NCBI GenBank assembly: GCA_003221075.1
Contig: QHUF01000279.1
Coordinates: 1-33,865 of the forward strand
DNA from: Gemmatimonadota bacterium
Lineage (GTDB): Bacteria; Gemmatimonadota; Gemmatimonadetes; Gemmatimonadales; GWC2-71-9
Length of the DNA stretch: 33,865 nucleotides
Direction: 5' to 3'
Below, piece by piece: positions 17,323 through 27,134 of the stretch (its first letter is position 1; the number at the start of each line of letters is the position of its first letter). The position numbers and the translations under genes are program-made. A model generated the notes under the pieces. It was not told the origin of the DNA. It searched no databases and was given only the letters and a program-made list of their open reading frames with translations.

Positions 17323-17323
17323 G

Positions 17324-17329
17324 TATCTT
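17324..17329 (+). promoter_or_regulatory. Candidate -10 (TATCTT) of a leaderless nadE transcript
   Basis: TATCTT lies 7 nt before ATG 17337 with no SD. The same hexamer is 8 nt before mutY. Confidence 0.5.
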
Positions 17330-17336
17330 TCCACCC

Positions 17337-19130
17337 ATGCCGCACATCCGGATCGCCCTGTCCCAGTTCCGGCCCAACAAGGGCGAATACGCCGAGAATG
17401 TCGCGCGGATTGGCGCCGTGATCGCGCAGGCCGCGCAGCTCGATCCCCGGCCCGCGCTGGTCATCTTTCCCGAGACGGCGACCTCGGGCTATTTCGTGGA
17501 GGGCGGGGTGAAGGAGCTGGCCGTCACGGCTGGCACGCTGGCCCGCGACCTCGCCGCCGCGTACGAGGGTCCGGCGATCGATGTGGTCGTCGGATTCTAC
17601 GAGCGCTTCCAGAATCACATCCACAACTCCGCGCTGTACGTCACGCTCAGTAAACAGAAGCCCGAAGTGCGGCACGTGCACCGCAAGGTGTTCCTGCCGA
17701 CCTACGGCGTGTTCGACGAAGAGCGTTTCGTGGATCGCGGGCAGGAAGGCGTTCGGGTCTTCGAGACCGGCTGGGGTGGCAAGGCGGCAATCCTGATCTG
17801 CGAGGACGCCTGGCATTCGCTCGCCGCCACCGTCGCCGCGCTCGAGGGCGCCCAGCTCGTCATTGTGCCCAGCGCATCGCCGGCGCGCGGGCTCGGCGAA
17901 CCCGAGGATGAGGACTGCGAGGGCGAGACGTTGCCCGCGTCGGTCGTTCGCTGGGAGCGCATCGTCCGCGGCATCGCGGAGGAGCATGGCGTGTTCGTCG
18001 CGCTCGCGAATCTCGTCGGGTTCGAGGGCGGCAAGGGGTTCCCCGGCGCGTCGGCCGTGATCGATCCGACGGGCCGAGTAATCGCGCGCGGACCGCTGTT
18101 CGAAGAGGCGCTGCTGACCGCGGACATCGATCTCGATTCGCTGACGACGGCGCGGTCCGATTCGCCGCTGCTGGCCGATTTGCAGAGCGCGCTGCCGGTG
18201 CTCACCAAAAGTCTGAGCGGCGCCAAGCAGGATCAGAAGGTCCGCTTTGATCCGGCCGCCAACGGCAGTCCGGCGCACGGCGCACAGCGCACGGCGCACG
18301 TGGGAGTTTTCGCCAAGCGAACGCAGGAGAACGATCCCCTCGCCATCGACCCCGAGCTCACGCGGAAGTGGTTAGTGAGTTTTCTCAAGGACGAAGTCGT
18401 CCGCCGCCGCGGCTTCAAGAAGGGTCTCGTTGGATTGTCGGGTGGTGTGGATTCCGCGCTCACCGCGTTTCTCGCCGCCGAGGCGCTGGGCCGGGAGAAC
18501 ATCATCGGCGTGCGCATGCCGTACCGCACGTCGAGTCCGGAGAGTCTCGCCCACGCGCAGCTCGTCATCGACAAGCTCGGGATTCCATCAGTCACGGTCG
18601 ACATCAGCGACGCCGTGGATGGTTACCTGAAACAGGTCGGCGATGTCGATCCGCACCGGCTCGGCAATGTCATGGCGCGCGAGCGGATGATCGTCCTGTT
18701 CGATCTCTCCGCCAAGCACAAGGCGCTGCCGCTGGGCACGAGCAACAAGTCCGAGCGGCTGCTGGGCTATTTCACCTGGCACGGCGATGATGCCCCGCCG
18801 GTGAATCCGCTGGGCGACCTGTTCAAGACGCAGGTCTGGACCCTGGCCCGGCATGTCGGCGTTCCGGAAGAAATCGTCGCCAAGCCTGCAACAGCCGACC
18901 TGATCAAAGGTCAAACCGATGAAGGGGACCTCGGCGTCTCGTATCTGCACGCGGATCGCATCCTCTATCATCTGATCCGCGGCGAAGAGCCCGTCGGCTT
19001 CCCCAAGGAAGAAGTGGAGATCGTGCGGAAGCGCCTCGACTCGACGCACTGGAAGCGGCGGCTCCCCACCGTGGCCGTAGTGTCGCAGACCGCGATCGGG
19101 GAATTCTATCTGAGGCCGGTGGACTACTGA
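17337..19130 (+). CDS. nadE: Glutamine-dependent NAD+ synthetase (nitrilase-family domain plus NAD synthase)
   Basis: Nitrilase triad FPE / RKVFLP / ICED; synthetase motifs GLSGGVDS, GNVMARERM, GTSNKSE, GYFTWHGD, PLGDLFKTQV and ADL..GQTDE. Start placed at MPHIRIAL, after the repeat. Confidence 0.95.
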   Translation: MPHIRIALSQFRPNKGEYAENVARIGAVIAQAAQLDPRPALVIFPETATSGYFVEGGVKELAVTAGTLARDLAAAYEGPAIDVVVGFYERFQNHIHNSALYVTLSKQKPEVRHVHRKVFLPTYGVFDEERFVDRGQEGVRVFETGWGGKAAILICEDAWHSLAATVAALEGAQLVIVPSASPARGLGEPEDEDCEGETLPASVVRWERIVRGIAEEHGVFVALANLVGFEGGKGFPGASAVIDPTGRVIARGPLFEEALLTADIDLDSLTTARSDSPLLADLQSALPVLTKSLSGAKQDQKVRFDPAANGSPAHGAQRTAHVGVFAKRTQENDPLAIDPELTRKWLVSFLKDEVVRRRGFKKGLVGLSGGVDSALTAFLAAEALGRENIIGVRMPYRTSSPESLAHAQLVIDKLGIPSVTVDISDAVDGYLKQVGDVDPHRLGNVMARERMIVLFDLSAKHKALPLGTSNKSERLLGYFTWHGDDAPPVNPLGDLFKTQVWTLARHVGVPEEIVAKPATADLIKGQTDEGDLGVSYLHADRILYHLIRGEEPVGFPKEEVEIVRKRLDSTHWKRRLPTVAVVSQTAIGEFYLRPVDY

Positions 19131-19621
19131 TGGCACAGCAGGGTCGGCACCCGCGCGAGTCGGAGACGGTGTTCACGGAGTTGATGATGCCGCACCACGC
19201 GAACATTCTGGGCAACGTGTTCGGCGGCCACATCCTCGCGCTCGTCGACCGCGTGGCCGCGGTCGCCGCGATTCGCCACGCGCATCGCGAGTGCGTGACG
19301 GTTTCGGTCGACAAAGTCGACTTCCGCGAGCCGATCCACGTCGGCGAGCTGGTGACGGCAAAGGCGCGTGTCAACTTCGCGGGCCGCACCTCGATGGAGG
19401 TCGGCGTCAAGGTGCTCGCCGAGAACGTGTTGACGGGAGATGTACGACACACGAATTCGTGCTACGTGACCTACGTGGCGCTGGATGAAAACGGCCGCCC
19501 GACGCAAGTCGCGCCCGTCGTGCCCGAGACGGCCGACGAGAAGCGGCGCTACGACCGGGCCGCCAAGCGTCGCGCGAACCGGGTGATGGAACGCCGCTAC
19601 GACCAGGGCCGGGGTGAGTAA
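19130..19621 (+). CDS. Acyl-CoA thioesterase (hotdog fold, YciA-like)
   Basis: HANILGNVFGGHILALVD, VTVSVDKVDF and GRTSMEVGV; TGATG coupling to nadE. Confidence 0.92.
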   Translation: MAQQGRHPRESETVFTELMMPHHANILGNVFGGHILALVDRVAAVAAIRHAHRECVTVSVDKVDFREPIHVGELVTAKARVNFAGRTSMEVGVKVLAENVLTGDVRHTNSCYVTYVALDENGRPTQVAPVVPETADEKRRYDRAAKRRANRVMERRYDQGRGE

Positions 19622-20474
19622 GGTCGTATTGGTGTTGTCGGGTGGTGGAGCGAAAGCACTCGCTCATGCCGGAGCGTTTCGAGCGTTGGAGCAGGCCGAT
19701 CTCCTTCCCAGCCACATCGTCGCGACCTCCATGGGGGCGGTCATCGGTGCGGCGCTCTGCGCGGGGATGCCGTTCGATCAGGTGCGACGCCGGGCGATGG
19801 GAATCCGCCGCAAGGACATCGCGCCGCTCGATCCGCTGGCGCTCGTGATGGGACTGTTCGCCCGCAGCCTGTTCCCAGCCGCCGCGCTCCGCCGCGCCAT
19901 CGCTTACATCGTTCCCAAGACGCGCTTCGAGTACCTGAAAACTCCGCTCACGGTCACCGCCACCGATCTCGACAGCGGCGAGCTGCTGCTGCTGGGCGGC
20001 CGGGAGCCCGGCCGGGACATCGAGCTGGCGGACGCGCTCTATGCCTCGTGCGCCCTGCCGCTCTACTTCCCGCCGCTCGAAGCAAACGGCCGGCGACTCG
20101 GCGACGGCGGGCTCAGAGCGGTGCTGCCGCTCGCTCCGGCGCGCGAGATCGTAAAGGACGCCGACCTGTTCATCGCTGTCGATGTCGGTCCCGGCTTCGA
20201 CGAGCGAGGCGGTCCGTCGACCAACGGCGATCAGCCGCAGTCCCCCGACGCTCCCGTCCCGGCGCGCATCCCGCGTGTCGTGCGGATGCACGGCGAAGCG
20301 ATCCGGATTATGATGGCGGAGCAGACGGAGCGGACGCTCGCCGATTGGCCCAAGGACGGACCGAGGCTCGTCTACGTGCGGGCGGTCGCGGAGCGAGAGG
20401 CGACCTTTGCCGTCGAGCGGGTGCAGGAGTACGTGGAGATGGGTTACCAGGCAACCAAGAAGGCCTTAGGATAG
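19614..20474 (+). CDS. Patatin-like phospholipase
   Basis: LVLSGGGAKALAHAG, nucleophile motif ATSMG (GxSxG variant), ASCALP and DGG. Confidence 0.9.
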   Translation: MSKVVLVLSGGGAKALAHAGAFRALEQADLLPSHIVATSMGAVIGAALCAGMPFDQVRRRAMGIRRKDIAPLDPLALVMGLFARSLFPAAALRRAIAYIVPKTRFEYLKTPLTVTATDLDSGELLLLGGREPGRDIELADALYASCALPLYFPPLEANGRRLGDGGLRAVLPLAPAREIVKDADLFIAVDVGPGFDERGGPSTNGDQPQSPDAPVPARIPRVVRMHGEAIRIMMAEQTERTLADWPKDGPRLVYVRAVAEREATFAVERVQEYVEMGYQATKKALG

Positions 20475-20479
20475 GTCCC

Positions 20480-20881
20480 ATGCGAGCATCGGAAGTCATG
20501 ATCGCCGATCCTGTGGTTGCGGCAGCCGGCGCCACGTCGTCAGAAGTCGCCGCGTTGATGCGCGTGAAGAACATCTCAGTCGTTCCCGTCGTGGACAATC
20601 CCAAGGATCGGCACTATCTCGGAACGATCTCCGACCGGGACATCGTGGCGCGATGCGTGGGGGCCGGTCATGATCCAACGGACTGTTCAGCGGCCGATCA
20701 TGCACGCACCGACACGCCAATCGTGAAACCAGATACGGAGCTCAAAGGATTCAAGATCGCAAAGCAACTGGACAACGACGATCATCACGTGCGATCCACA
20801 ATCGTTGTGTTGAATGGTGACAAGAAGGTCGTGGGGTTCATACCGCACCCCGAAGAAATCCCCGGAATTGAGGTGGGGTAG
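20480..20881 (+). CDS. CBS domain protein
   Basis: From ATG 20480: MRASEVM..., AALMRVKNISVVPVVD and LGTISDRDIV. The second CBS repeat is degenerate. Confidence 0.8.
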   Translation: MRASEVMIADPVVAAAGATSSEVAALMRVKNISVVPVVDNPKDRHYLGTISDRDIVARCVGAGHDPTDCSAADHARTDTPIVKPDTELKGFKIAKQLDNDDHHVRSTIVVLNGDKKVVGFIPHPEEIPGIEVG

Positions 20882-21295
20882 GTGCCCCACAAACTGTTCA
20901 CCCTGGCTGAAGCAAATCGCACGCTTCCTCTGGTGAAGCGCGTCGTCTCCGACATCATGATCGTCTACCCCCAATGGAAGGATCTCGTGTCGCAGTACGA
21001 GCTGATGGCCGCCATGGCCCGTCCCGAATGGGGCGAATCACAGGAACAGGTGGCGCTCAAGGCCCAGATCGATTCCGTCGCGGGGAAGATCAACGAGTTC
21101 CTCGAGGAGCTCGAGCAGATCGGCTGCGAGTTCAAGGGCTTTGACCAGGGCCTGATCGATTTCCACGGCCGTCTGGACGAGCGCGAGATCCTGTGGTGCT
21201 GGCAGCTCGGCGAAGAACGGATCACCCATTGGCATGAGCTGGAGGCGGGATTCGCCGGCCGGCAGCCGCTGCCCGAGGTCTTGAGCGGCACGTGA
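20882..21295 (+). CDS. DUF2203-like protein
   Basis: FTLAEANRTLPLV, GLIDF and LWCWQLGE..ITHWHELEAGFAGRQPL. Confidence 0.85.
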   Translation: MPHKLFTLAEANRTLPLVKRVVSDIMIVYPQWKDLVSQYELMAAMARPEWGESQEQVALKAQIDSVAGKINEFLEELEQIGCEFKGFDQGLIDFHGRLDEREILWCWQLGEERITHWHELEAGFAGRQPLPEVLSGT

Positions 21296-21744
21296 AGGGT
21301 TTCTGGCTCTTCCTCCACGTCATGGGATTCGTTGCCTGGCTCGGCGGCGGGCTCGCGGTCATGCTCAGCGGTATCACAGCCAAGCATTTCCCTCCCGAAC
21401 AGCGGCTGGCGGTCTACCGCATCATGAGCGTCGTGACCCGGAACCTGATCGGTACGGGCGCAGTTCTCGTGGTGGTGAGCGGGTTTCTGCTGTCCGTCCC
21501 CTATTTCCAGAGCGCCAATGTCCCAAGCTGGCTGATGGCGATGCAGGGACTGGGCCTGCTGGGTGCCCTCGTTGCCATCTTCGTCGTGACACCCACGGCG
21601 GCCCGGCTCGGGCGCCTCGAGCTCGACCCCAGGGGCGAGCTGCCCGAAAGCTTTGTTGGACTACGCCGGCGCCAGGCCATCTTTGCGACGGTTGCTGGGA
21701 TTTTCGCGCTTCTCGCGTTGGCTTCCGGTACACTCTTCAGGTAG
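21292..21744 (+). CDS. Four-TM membrane protein (DUF2269/CopD-like)
   Basis: LFLHV...WLGG start and four hydrophobic helices; GTGA overlap with the upstream gene. Confidence 0.7.
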   Translation: MKGFWLFLHVMGFVAWLGGGLAVMLSGITAKHFPPEQRLAVYRIMSVVTRNLIGTGAVLVVVSGFLLSVPYFQSANVPSWLMAMQGLGLLGALVAIFVVTPTAARLGRLELDPRGELPESFVGLRRRQAIFATVAGIFALLALASGTLFR

Positions 21745-21806
21745 GTAGGTCTTCTTTGCCCGTTTCTGCTTGTGACCTTCCCCATCATCTAAGGGTCGTT
21801 GTCGAA

Positions 21807-22484
21807 GTGCGAGGATTGGTTCTCTTCGACTTCGGCGGGACCCTGGACGCGGACGGCTCCCGTTGGAGCGTTCGCTTTCACGCCGCGTACCGCGCGGCCG
21901 GTGGCAAACAGTCGTTCGCTGCATTCGACCGGGCGTTTCGTGAGTCCGACCGGGCGCTCGAGCGGCTCGCGGGCATAGAGAGGCTGGGATTCCGCGCGAT
22001 GGTCGACGCTCAAACCGCGTTGCTGTTACCCCGGCTCTCGGATGGCGCCGCGCTCCCCGGGCGAGCCATCGCCGATCAGTTCCATTCCACAACCTGCACG
22101 ATCGTGCGCCGGAATGAAGAGCTGCTCGCGCTGCTGCACAAATCCTATCATCTCGGCGTCGTTTCGAATTTCACCGGGAACCTCGAGCTATGTCTCCAGG
22201 AGCTGGGCGTGATGCAGTACTTCTCCGTCGTCGCTGATTCGGGACGCGTCGGGATCACCAAGCCGGATCCGCGGCTGTTCCAGCACGCGCTCAGCTGGCC
22301 CGGACTTGTCTCGAAACCCGCCTGGATGGTGGGCGACAACTTCGAGTCGGATATCCGGCCGGCCGCAGCACTCGGCCTGTCCACCGCCTGGCTCGCTCCC
22401 GCGACGGAGAAGTCGCGCGAGAAGGACCTGCCGACCGTGCGGTTGACCACGCTGTCGGACCTTGCCCGAGTGCTCGAATCGTGA
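21807..22484 (+). CDS. HAD-family hydrolase
   Basis: LFDFGGTLD, VVSNF, KPDPRLF and MVGDNFESDI. Start probably GTG 21807. Confidence 0.9.
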   Translation: MRGLVLFDFGGTLDADGSRWSVRFHAAYRAAGGKQSFAAFDRAFRESDRALERLAGIERLGFRAMVDAQTALLLPRLSDGAALPGRAIADQFHSTTCTIVRRNEELLALLHKSYHLGVVSNFTGNLELCLQELGVMQYFSVVADSGRVGITKPDPRLFQHALSWPGLVSKPAWMVGDNFESDIRPAAALGLSTAWLAPATEKSREKDLPTVRLTTLSDLARVLES

Positions 22485-23185
22485 TGCAGGGACTGATTCT
22501 CGCGGGTGGGCGCGGCTCCCGGCTCGCCGCCGATGGCGTCGAGGCCCCCAAAGCGCTGGTCGAGGTCGGCGGGCGGCCGCAGATCGTCAATCTCATCGAG
22601 ACATTCGCGGACCTCGGGTGCGAAACGATCACCTGCATGGTGCGCGACGGCATCACCGTCGACACGCCGGGACCCGCGGTCGTGCGCACGTGCCGCACAC
22701 CGTCGTCGCTGCACACGCTGGTCGCCGGGCTCGCGATCGTGCCTGCCGGACCGGTGTTCTGCTCCATGGTCGACACGGTGATGCCGCCGGCGGACTGGCA
22801 TCGCCTGTATCGCGGCGTTACCGAGCGCCTCGCCGGCGGGTCACTCGCCGTGCTCGCCGTGACTCCGTTCGTGGACGACGAGTTGCCGCTCTACGTCACG
22901 CGCAGCGCCGATGGGTTGGCCACCGGGATCTTCGACACGACCCCGCCTCCGTCCGCTCCCCTGCTCGTCACGGGCGGCGTGTACGGTCTGAGTCCTGAAG
23001 CTCGCCGCCTCGCGACGGTCGCCGTCGCGTCGCTGCATCGCATGCGCGCATTCCTGCGCCTGCTCGTCGAGCTGCGCGCCCCCGTCGCGACGGTTGAAGT
23101 GCCGCGTATCATCGATCTCGATCACAAACGCGATCTCGACGCCGCCGAGCGCTGGCTCACGGCGCGCGCGGGAGACGAGCAATGA
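22481..23185 (+). CDS. Nucleotidyltransferase (NTP_transf / cytidylyltransferase-like)
   Basis: ILAGGRGSRL..., PKALVEVGG and IIDLDH. Start at GTG 22481 or ATG 22484, overlapping the HAD stop. Confidence 0.9.
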   Translation: MMQGLILAGGRGSRLAADGVEAPKALVEVGGRPQIVNLIETFADLGCETITCMVRDGITVDTPGPAVVRTCRTPSSLHTLVAGLAIVPAGPVFCSMVDTVMPPADWHRLYRGVTERLAGGSLAVLAVTPFVDDELPLYVTRSADGLATGIFDTTPPPSAPLLVTGGVYGLSPEARRLATVAVASLHRMRAFLRLLVELRAPVATVEVPRIIDLDHKRDLDAAERWLTARAGDEQ

Positions 23186-24018
23186 AGCGTCTCGTCGCGC
23201 TCTATCGCAGTCCCACGTACTCGCCGGCGCAGCATCGCAGCAATGACACGGCGATCCTCGACGACACGATCGCCGGACTGCAGCGTCGCGGCTGGAAAGT
23301 GACGCGCACCGGTGAGGGCGATGTCGCCGCCGGCCGGCTTCCCGCGGCGGAGCTGTATGTGAACATGTGCCAGGGTCCGGCGGCCTCCGAGCGACTGCTC
23401 GACCTCGTGCCTCGTGAGGCGCTGGCCGTCAATCCTCCGGAGAGCGTTCTCAACTGCCACCGGCATCGCCTGGTCGCCCGGATGGAAGCGGCGGGACTGC
23501 CGTTCCCGCGCACGCTCATCGTACCGACCGCCGAGCCACGGGCGGTGCTGCCGCTCGTGCACCAGCTGAACGGCGATGGACGGCCGGTGTGGGTGAAGCG
23601 GGGCGATGTGCACGCCGAAACGAGCGCCGACGTAGTAGCGGCGAAAGAGGCGGGCGTCACCGACGCGATCGCCGGATTTGCCCGGCGCGGCGTGGCGCGC
23701 GTCGCACTGCAGGCGCATGTCGCGGGGCCGATCGTGAAGTTCTATGCGGTCGCCGACGGCCGCTTCTTTTCGTGGTACTCCGCTGACTGCAGCTCCTTCT
23801 CCATCTCCGAACAGAGCCTGCGGACGCTGGTGTTCGCTGCAGCGCGCGCGGTGGGACTCGAGGTATTCGGCGGCGACGTCGCCTTTCCCAAGCCCGACGC
23901 CCCGGTGCTGATCGATCTCAACGACTGGCCCTCCTTTGCTCCCGTGCGCATCGCGGCCGCCGCGGCGATCGCCTCCTATATCGACGAGAAAGCGTCGTCC
24001 AACGGAAAACCGGCATGA
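23182..24018 (+). CDS. ATP-grasp fold protein (inositol-phosphate-kinase/RimK-like C-terminus)
   Basis: LPFPRT, VWVKRGD, QAHVAG.IVKFYAV, GLEVFGGDV and LIDLNDWPSF; ATGA coupling at both ends. Confidence 0.75.
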   Translation: MKRLVALYRSPTYSPAQHRSNDTAILDDTIAGLQRRGWKVTRTGEGDVAAGRLPAAELYVNMCQGPAASERLLDLVPREALAVNPPESVLNCHRHRLVARMEAAGLPFPRTLIVPTAEPRAVLPLVHQLNGDGRPVWVKRGDVHAETSADVVAAKEAGVTDAIAGFARRGVARVALQAHVAGPIVKFYAVADGRFFSWYSADCSSFSISEQSLRTLVFAAARAVGLEVFGGDVAFPKPDAPVLIDLNDWPSFAPVRIAAAAAIASYIDEKASSNGKPA

Positions 24019-25334
24019 TCGATCTCGCCACTCAGTCGCAGTCGCAACGCGTCTTCGAGCTCGAGGCGCAGTACCTCGCGCCCGGAACGCAGAGCGTCGC
24101 GCTCTTCAGCAAACTTTGCATGGATCGCGGCGAGGGGGCCGTGCTGTGGGACGTGGACGGCAACCGCTACGTCGATCTGCTCGCCGGCGTCGGTGTCGCG
24201 AGCCTTGGCTACGCCCATCCACGCTATGTCGCCGAAATGACGAAGCAGCTCGAGCGGGTGCACGTGGGGAGCTTCACGTCGGAGCATCGTGCCGCGCTGG
24301 TCAAACTGATCGCGGGGCTCGCGCCCGGCGACTTGAACCGGACACAGCTCTACTCGAGCGGCGCCGAAGCGGTCGAAGCCGCATTGCGCCTGGCCCGCGC
24401 TGCCACGGGGCGCCATGAAGTCATGGGATTCTGGGGCGGGTTCCACGGCAAGACGGGCGGGGTGTTGCCGCTGTTGTCGGGCAGCTTCAAGCACGGCCTC
24501 GGCCCCCTGGCCCCGGGCATGTACTCGAGCCCGTACGCGTCGTGCGAGCGCTGTCCTTTCGGGAAGACGTTCCCCGAATGCGACTGGCACTGCGTCGACT
24601 TTCTGCGCTCGAAGATCGCGCTCGAGACGACGAACGACATCGCCGCGATCATCGTCGAGCCGGTGCAGGGCACCGCGGGCAACATCATCCCGCCGCCCGG
24701 CTACCTGCACGAGCTGCGGGCGCTCGCGACCGAGATCGGTGCGCTGCTCATCTGCGATGAGATGATCACCGGCTTCGGGCGCACCGGGAAAATGTTCGCG
24801 GTCGAGCACGACAACGTCGTGCCGGACGTGCTGCTCGTGGGCAAAGGCTTCGGCGGCGGATTCCCCGTCAGCGGCATCGTGATTCGCGAACCGATCGCGT
24901 TCTCCAAACCATGGGCCAATCCGAGCGGCAGCTCGTCGAGTTACGGCGGCAATCCGCTGGCGGCGGCCGCGGCCCACGTCACGATTCAGACGATCGTCGA
25001 CGAGGAACTCGTCGACCACAGCCGCCGGCTCGGGGCCGTGATGCTCGCGGAGATGCAGCGCTGGGAAGATGAGGTCCCGATCGTCAGCGACGTGCGCGGC
25101 CGCGGGCTCATGCTCGGCATGGATCTCGTCGTGCCCGGAACGCGCACGCTGCTCGATAAGAAGATCACCCGCTGGATCTTCGACACGCTGCTCGCGCGCG
25201 GCGTGATCGCGATGATCTACAACCCCGAAGTGCGGATCAATCCGCCGCTCGTCATCACCGAAGAGCAGGCGATGGAAGCCCTCGCCACGATGAAAGCGGT
25301 GCTCGAAGAGGCCGGCGCGCGTGTACGCCGGTAA
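24015..25334 (+). CDS. Class III PLP-dependent aminotransferase
   Basis: DVDGNRYVD, SGAEAVEAA, FHGKT, IIVEPVQG, DEMITGFGRTG, DVLLVGKGFGGG (PLP Lys), SYGGNP and VRGRGLMLG. Confidence 0.95.
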   Translation: MIDLATQSQSQRVFELEAQYLAPGTQSVALFSKLCMDRGEGAVLWDVDGNRYVDLLAGVGVASLGYAHPRYVAEMTKQLERVHVGSFTSEHRAALVKLIAGLAPGDLNRTQLYSSGAEAVEAALRLARAATGRHEVMGFWGGFHGKTGGVLPLLSGSFKHGLGPLAPGMYSSPYASCERCPFGKTFPECDWHCVDFLRSKIALETTNDIAAIIVEPVQGTAGNIIPPPGYLHELRALATEIGALLICDEMITGFGRTGKMFAVEHDNVVPDVLLVGKGFGGGFPVSGIVIREPIAFSKPWANPSGSSSSYGGNPLAAAAAHVTIQTIVDEELVDHSRRLGAVMLAEMQRWEDEVPIVSDVRGRGLMLGMDLVVPGTRTLLDKKITRWIFDTLLARGVIAMIYNPEVRINPPLVITEEQAMEALATMKAVLEEAGARVRR

Positions 25335-26169
25335 AGGACCCGTCGTCGAGGAATGGGCCGACCGGCGGTTCTTTCGGCCGGCGGGCTGGCGCATCGCCAC
25401 CACGCTCGCACCGACACGCATATCGCCCGATGCGGTGACGCTGGCGAGCCTCGTGCTCGGCGTCATCGCCGGACATCTGTTCTGGTACGCGAATCCGTGG
25501 ATCAATGCCGCCGGCGTCGTGCTGTTCATCTGGTCGGACGTCCTGGACAGCGCCGACGGACAGCTCGCGCGCCTGCGGGGGACGTCCACGCGGATGGGCC
25601 GGATCCTGGACGGCCTGGCCGATAGCGCGCGTTTTCTGAGTCTGTACGCGCATCTGGGTGCGCGACTGTATGTGTCCGGCTGGGGTTGGGGCGGCGTGGT
25701 GCTGGCGCTGGCCGCCTTGTTCTCGCACACCTACCAGGCCGCCGCCGCCGACTTCATTCGTCAGGCGTACCTGTACTTCGCCGTGGGGAAGGGCAGCGAG
25801 CTGGATGTCGGCAGTGAGCCGGCGGCGAGACAGGGCTCGTTCTGGGAACGTGTCGCGGGGTGGCTCTACGGTGACTACGTCCGCCGCCAGGCCTGGTTGT
25901 TTCCGCGGACGACAGCGCTCGCGCGCTTCCTCGCCGGCCGCGACGTGCCGCCGTCGATCTCGCGCGCGTGGGCGAATCGCCAGCGCTGGGTCGTGGCTGG
26001 GTGCGCCTGGATCGCCCAGAACATCCGTTTCCTGCTCCTCGCGCTGACGGTGGTTCCCGGCTCGCCCGCCGTCTACTGCTGGATCGTGGTCGGCCCACTG
26101 AATGCGGTACTCGTCTTCCTTATACTCGCGCACGAGCGCGAGCCGAAGCTATGTATCGCGGCGTATTGA
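25321..26169 (+). CDS. CDP-alcohol phosphatidyltransferase family protein
   Basis: Intact signature DSADGQLARLRGTSTRMGRILDGLAD; ISPDAVT. Confidence 0.93.
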   Translation: MYAGKGPVVEEWADRRFFRPAGWRIATTLAPTRISPDAVTLASLVLGVIAGHLFWYANPWINAAGVVLFIWSDVLDSADGQLARLRGTSTRMGRILDGLADSARFLSLYAHLGARLYVSGWGWGGVVLALAALFSHTYQAAAADFIRQAYLYFAVGKGSELDVGSEPAARQGSFWERVAGWLYGDYVRRQAWLFPRTTALARFLAGRDVPPSISRAWANRQRWVVAGCAWIAQNIRFLLLALTVVPGSPAVYCWIVVGPLNAVLVFLILAHEREPKLCIAAY

Positions 26170-27134
26170 TGGGGCTGGGCGGGATCGCGAAATCCGGCCA
26201 CCTGCCCGCGTTTCTCCACGACGCCGAGGTGTCGAGCCGCCTGCGCATCGTGGCCATCGTGGACGAAGCGGCAAGCGCACCGGCGTCATTCCACGGCATT
26301 CCTCTGTTATCCCGACCCGAGCAGCTCGCCGATCTGGACGAGGGGCCGCTCGACTTCGTCGACATCTGCACGCCGACCTCGTCTCACCTCGCCCTGTCGC
26401 TGTGGGGGCTGTCGCAGGGCTATCACGTGTTGTGCGAGAAGCCGGTCGCCGTGAACCGTGCCGAGGCAGCGACGCTCGCGGCCGCGGCGCTCGACGCGCG
26501 CCGGGTGGTGATGCCCTGCCATCAATACCGCTTCAATCCCGTGTGGCGGCGGTTGAAACAGTGGCTCGACGACGGCGTGATCGGCCGCTGGTATCTCGCG
26601 GAGTTCCGCGTCTACCGTCTGGCGGCCGATCCGGGCGCTGGACACAGCCCCGTTCCGTGGCGGGGCCGGCGTGCTGACGGCCGGGGCGGCGTGCTGCTCG
26701 ATCACGGTACGCATCTGGTCTACGAGCTGCTCGACGTCGCGGGACCGCCGCAGTCGGTGCGCGCCTGGACGGGTCGTCTGCGGCACGGCGGGTACGACGT
26801 CGAGGACACCGCGCAGCTCCTGTTTTCCTATCCCGATCGTATGGCGACGATGTTTCTCACGTGGGCCGCGCGGCGCCGCGAAACGGAGATCCGTTTCACC
26901 GGTGAGCGCGGCAGCATCACGTGGAGCGGCGGGATTCTGACGCTCGAGCGCGACGGCGAGATCGAGTCGTTCGATCACACCGGCGACCTCGACAAGGCGT
27001 CGTATGCGAAGTGGTTCGCGGGGCTGTTCCACGATTTCGCGGCCACGCTCGATTCCGGTGACAGCGCGCGGCCGATGGCCGACATCGCGCAGGTCGCGGC
27101 GGTGCTCGAGGCTTCCTACGCGTCGGTCGCATGA
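26151..27134 (+). CDS. Gfo/Idh/MocA family NAD(P)-dependent oxidoreductase
   Basis: From ATG 26151: GLGGIA Rossmann motif, ICTPTSSH, HVLCEKP, GGVLLDHGTH and VEDTA. Confidence 0.93.
   Translation: MYRGVLMGLGGIAKSGHLPAFLHDAEVSSRLRIVAIVDEAASAPASFHGIPLLSRPEQLADLDEGPLDFVDICTPTSSHLALSLWGLSQGYHVLCEKPVAVNRAEAATLAAAALDARRVVMPCHQYRFNPVWRRLKQWLDDGVIGRWYLAEFRVYRLAADPGAGHSPVPWRGRRADGRGGVLLDHGTHLVYELLDVAGPPQSVRAWTGRLRHGGYDVEDTAQLLFSYPDRMATMFLTWAARRRETEIRFTGERGSITWSGGILTLERDGEIESFDHTGDLDKASYAKWFAGLFHDFAATLDSGDSARPMADIAQVAAVLEASYASVA

Noticed and set aside
19720-19740. Patatin ATSMG instead of GxSxG as an inactive enzyme
   Set aside because: The catalytic Ser, the DGG Asp and the glycine-rich oxyanion loop are all retained.
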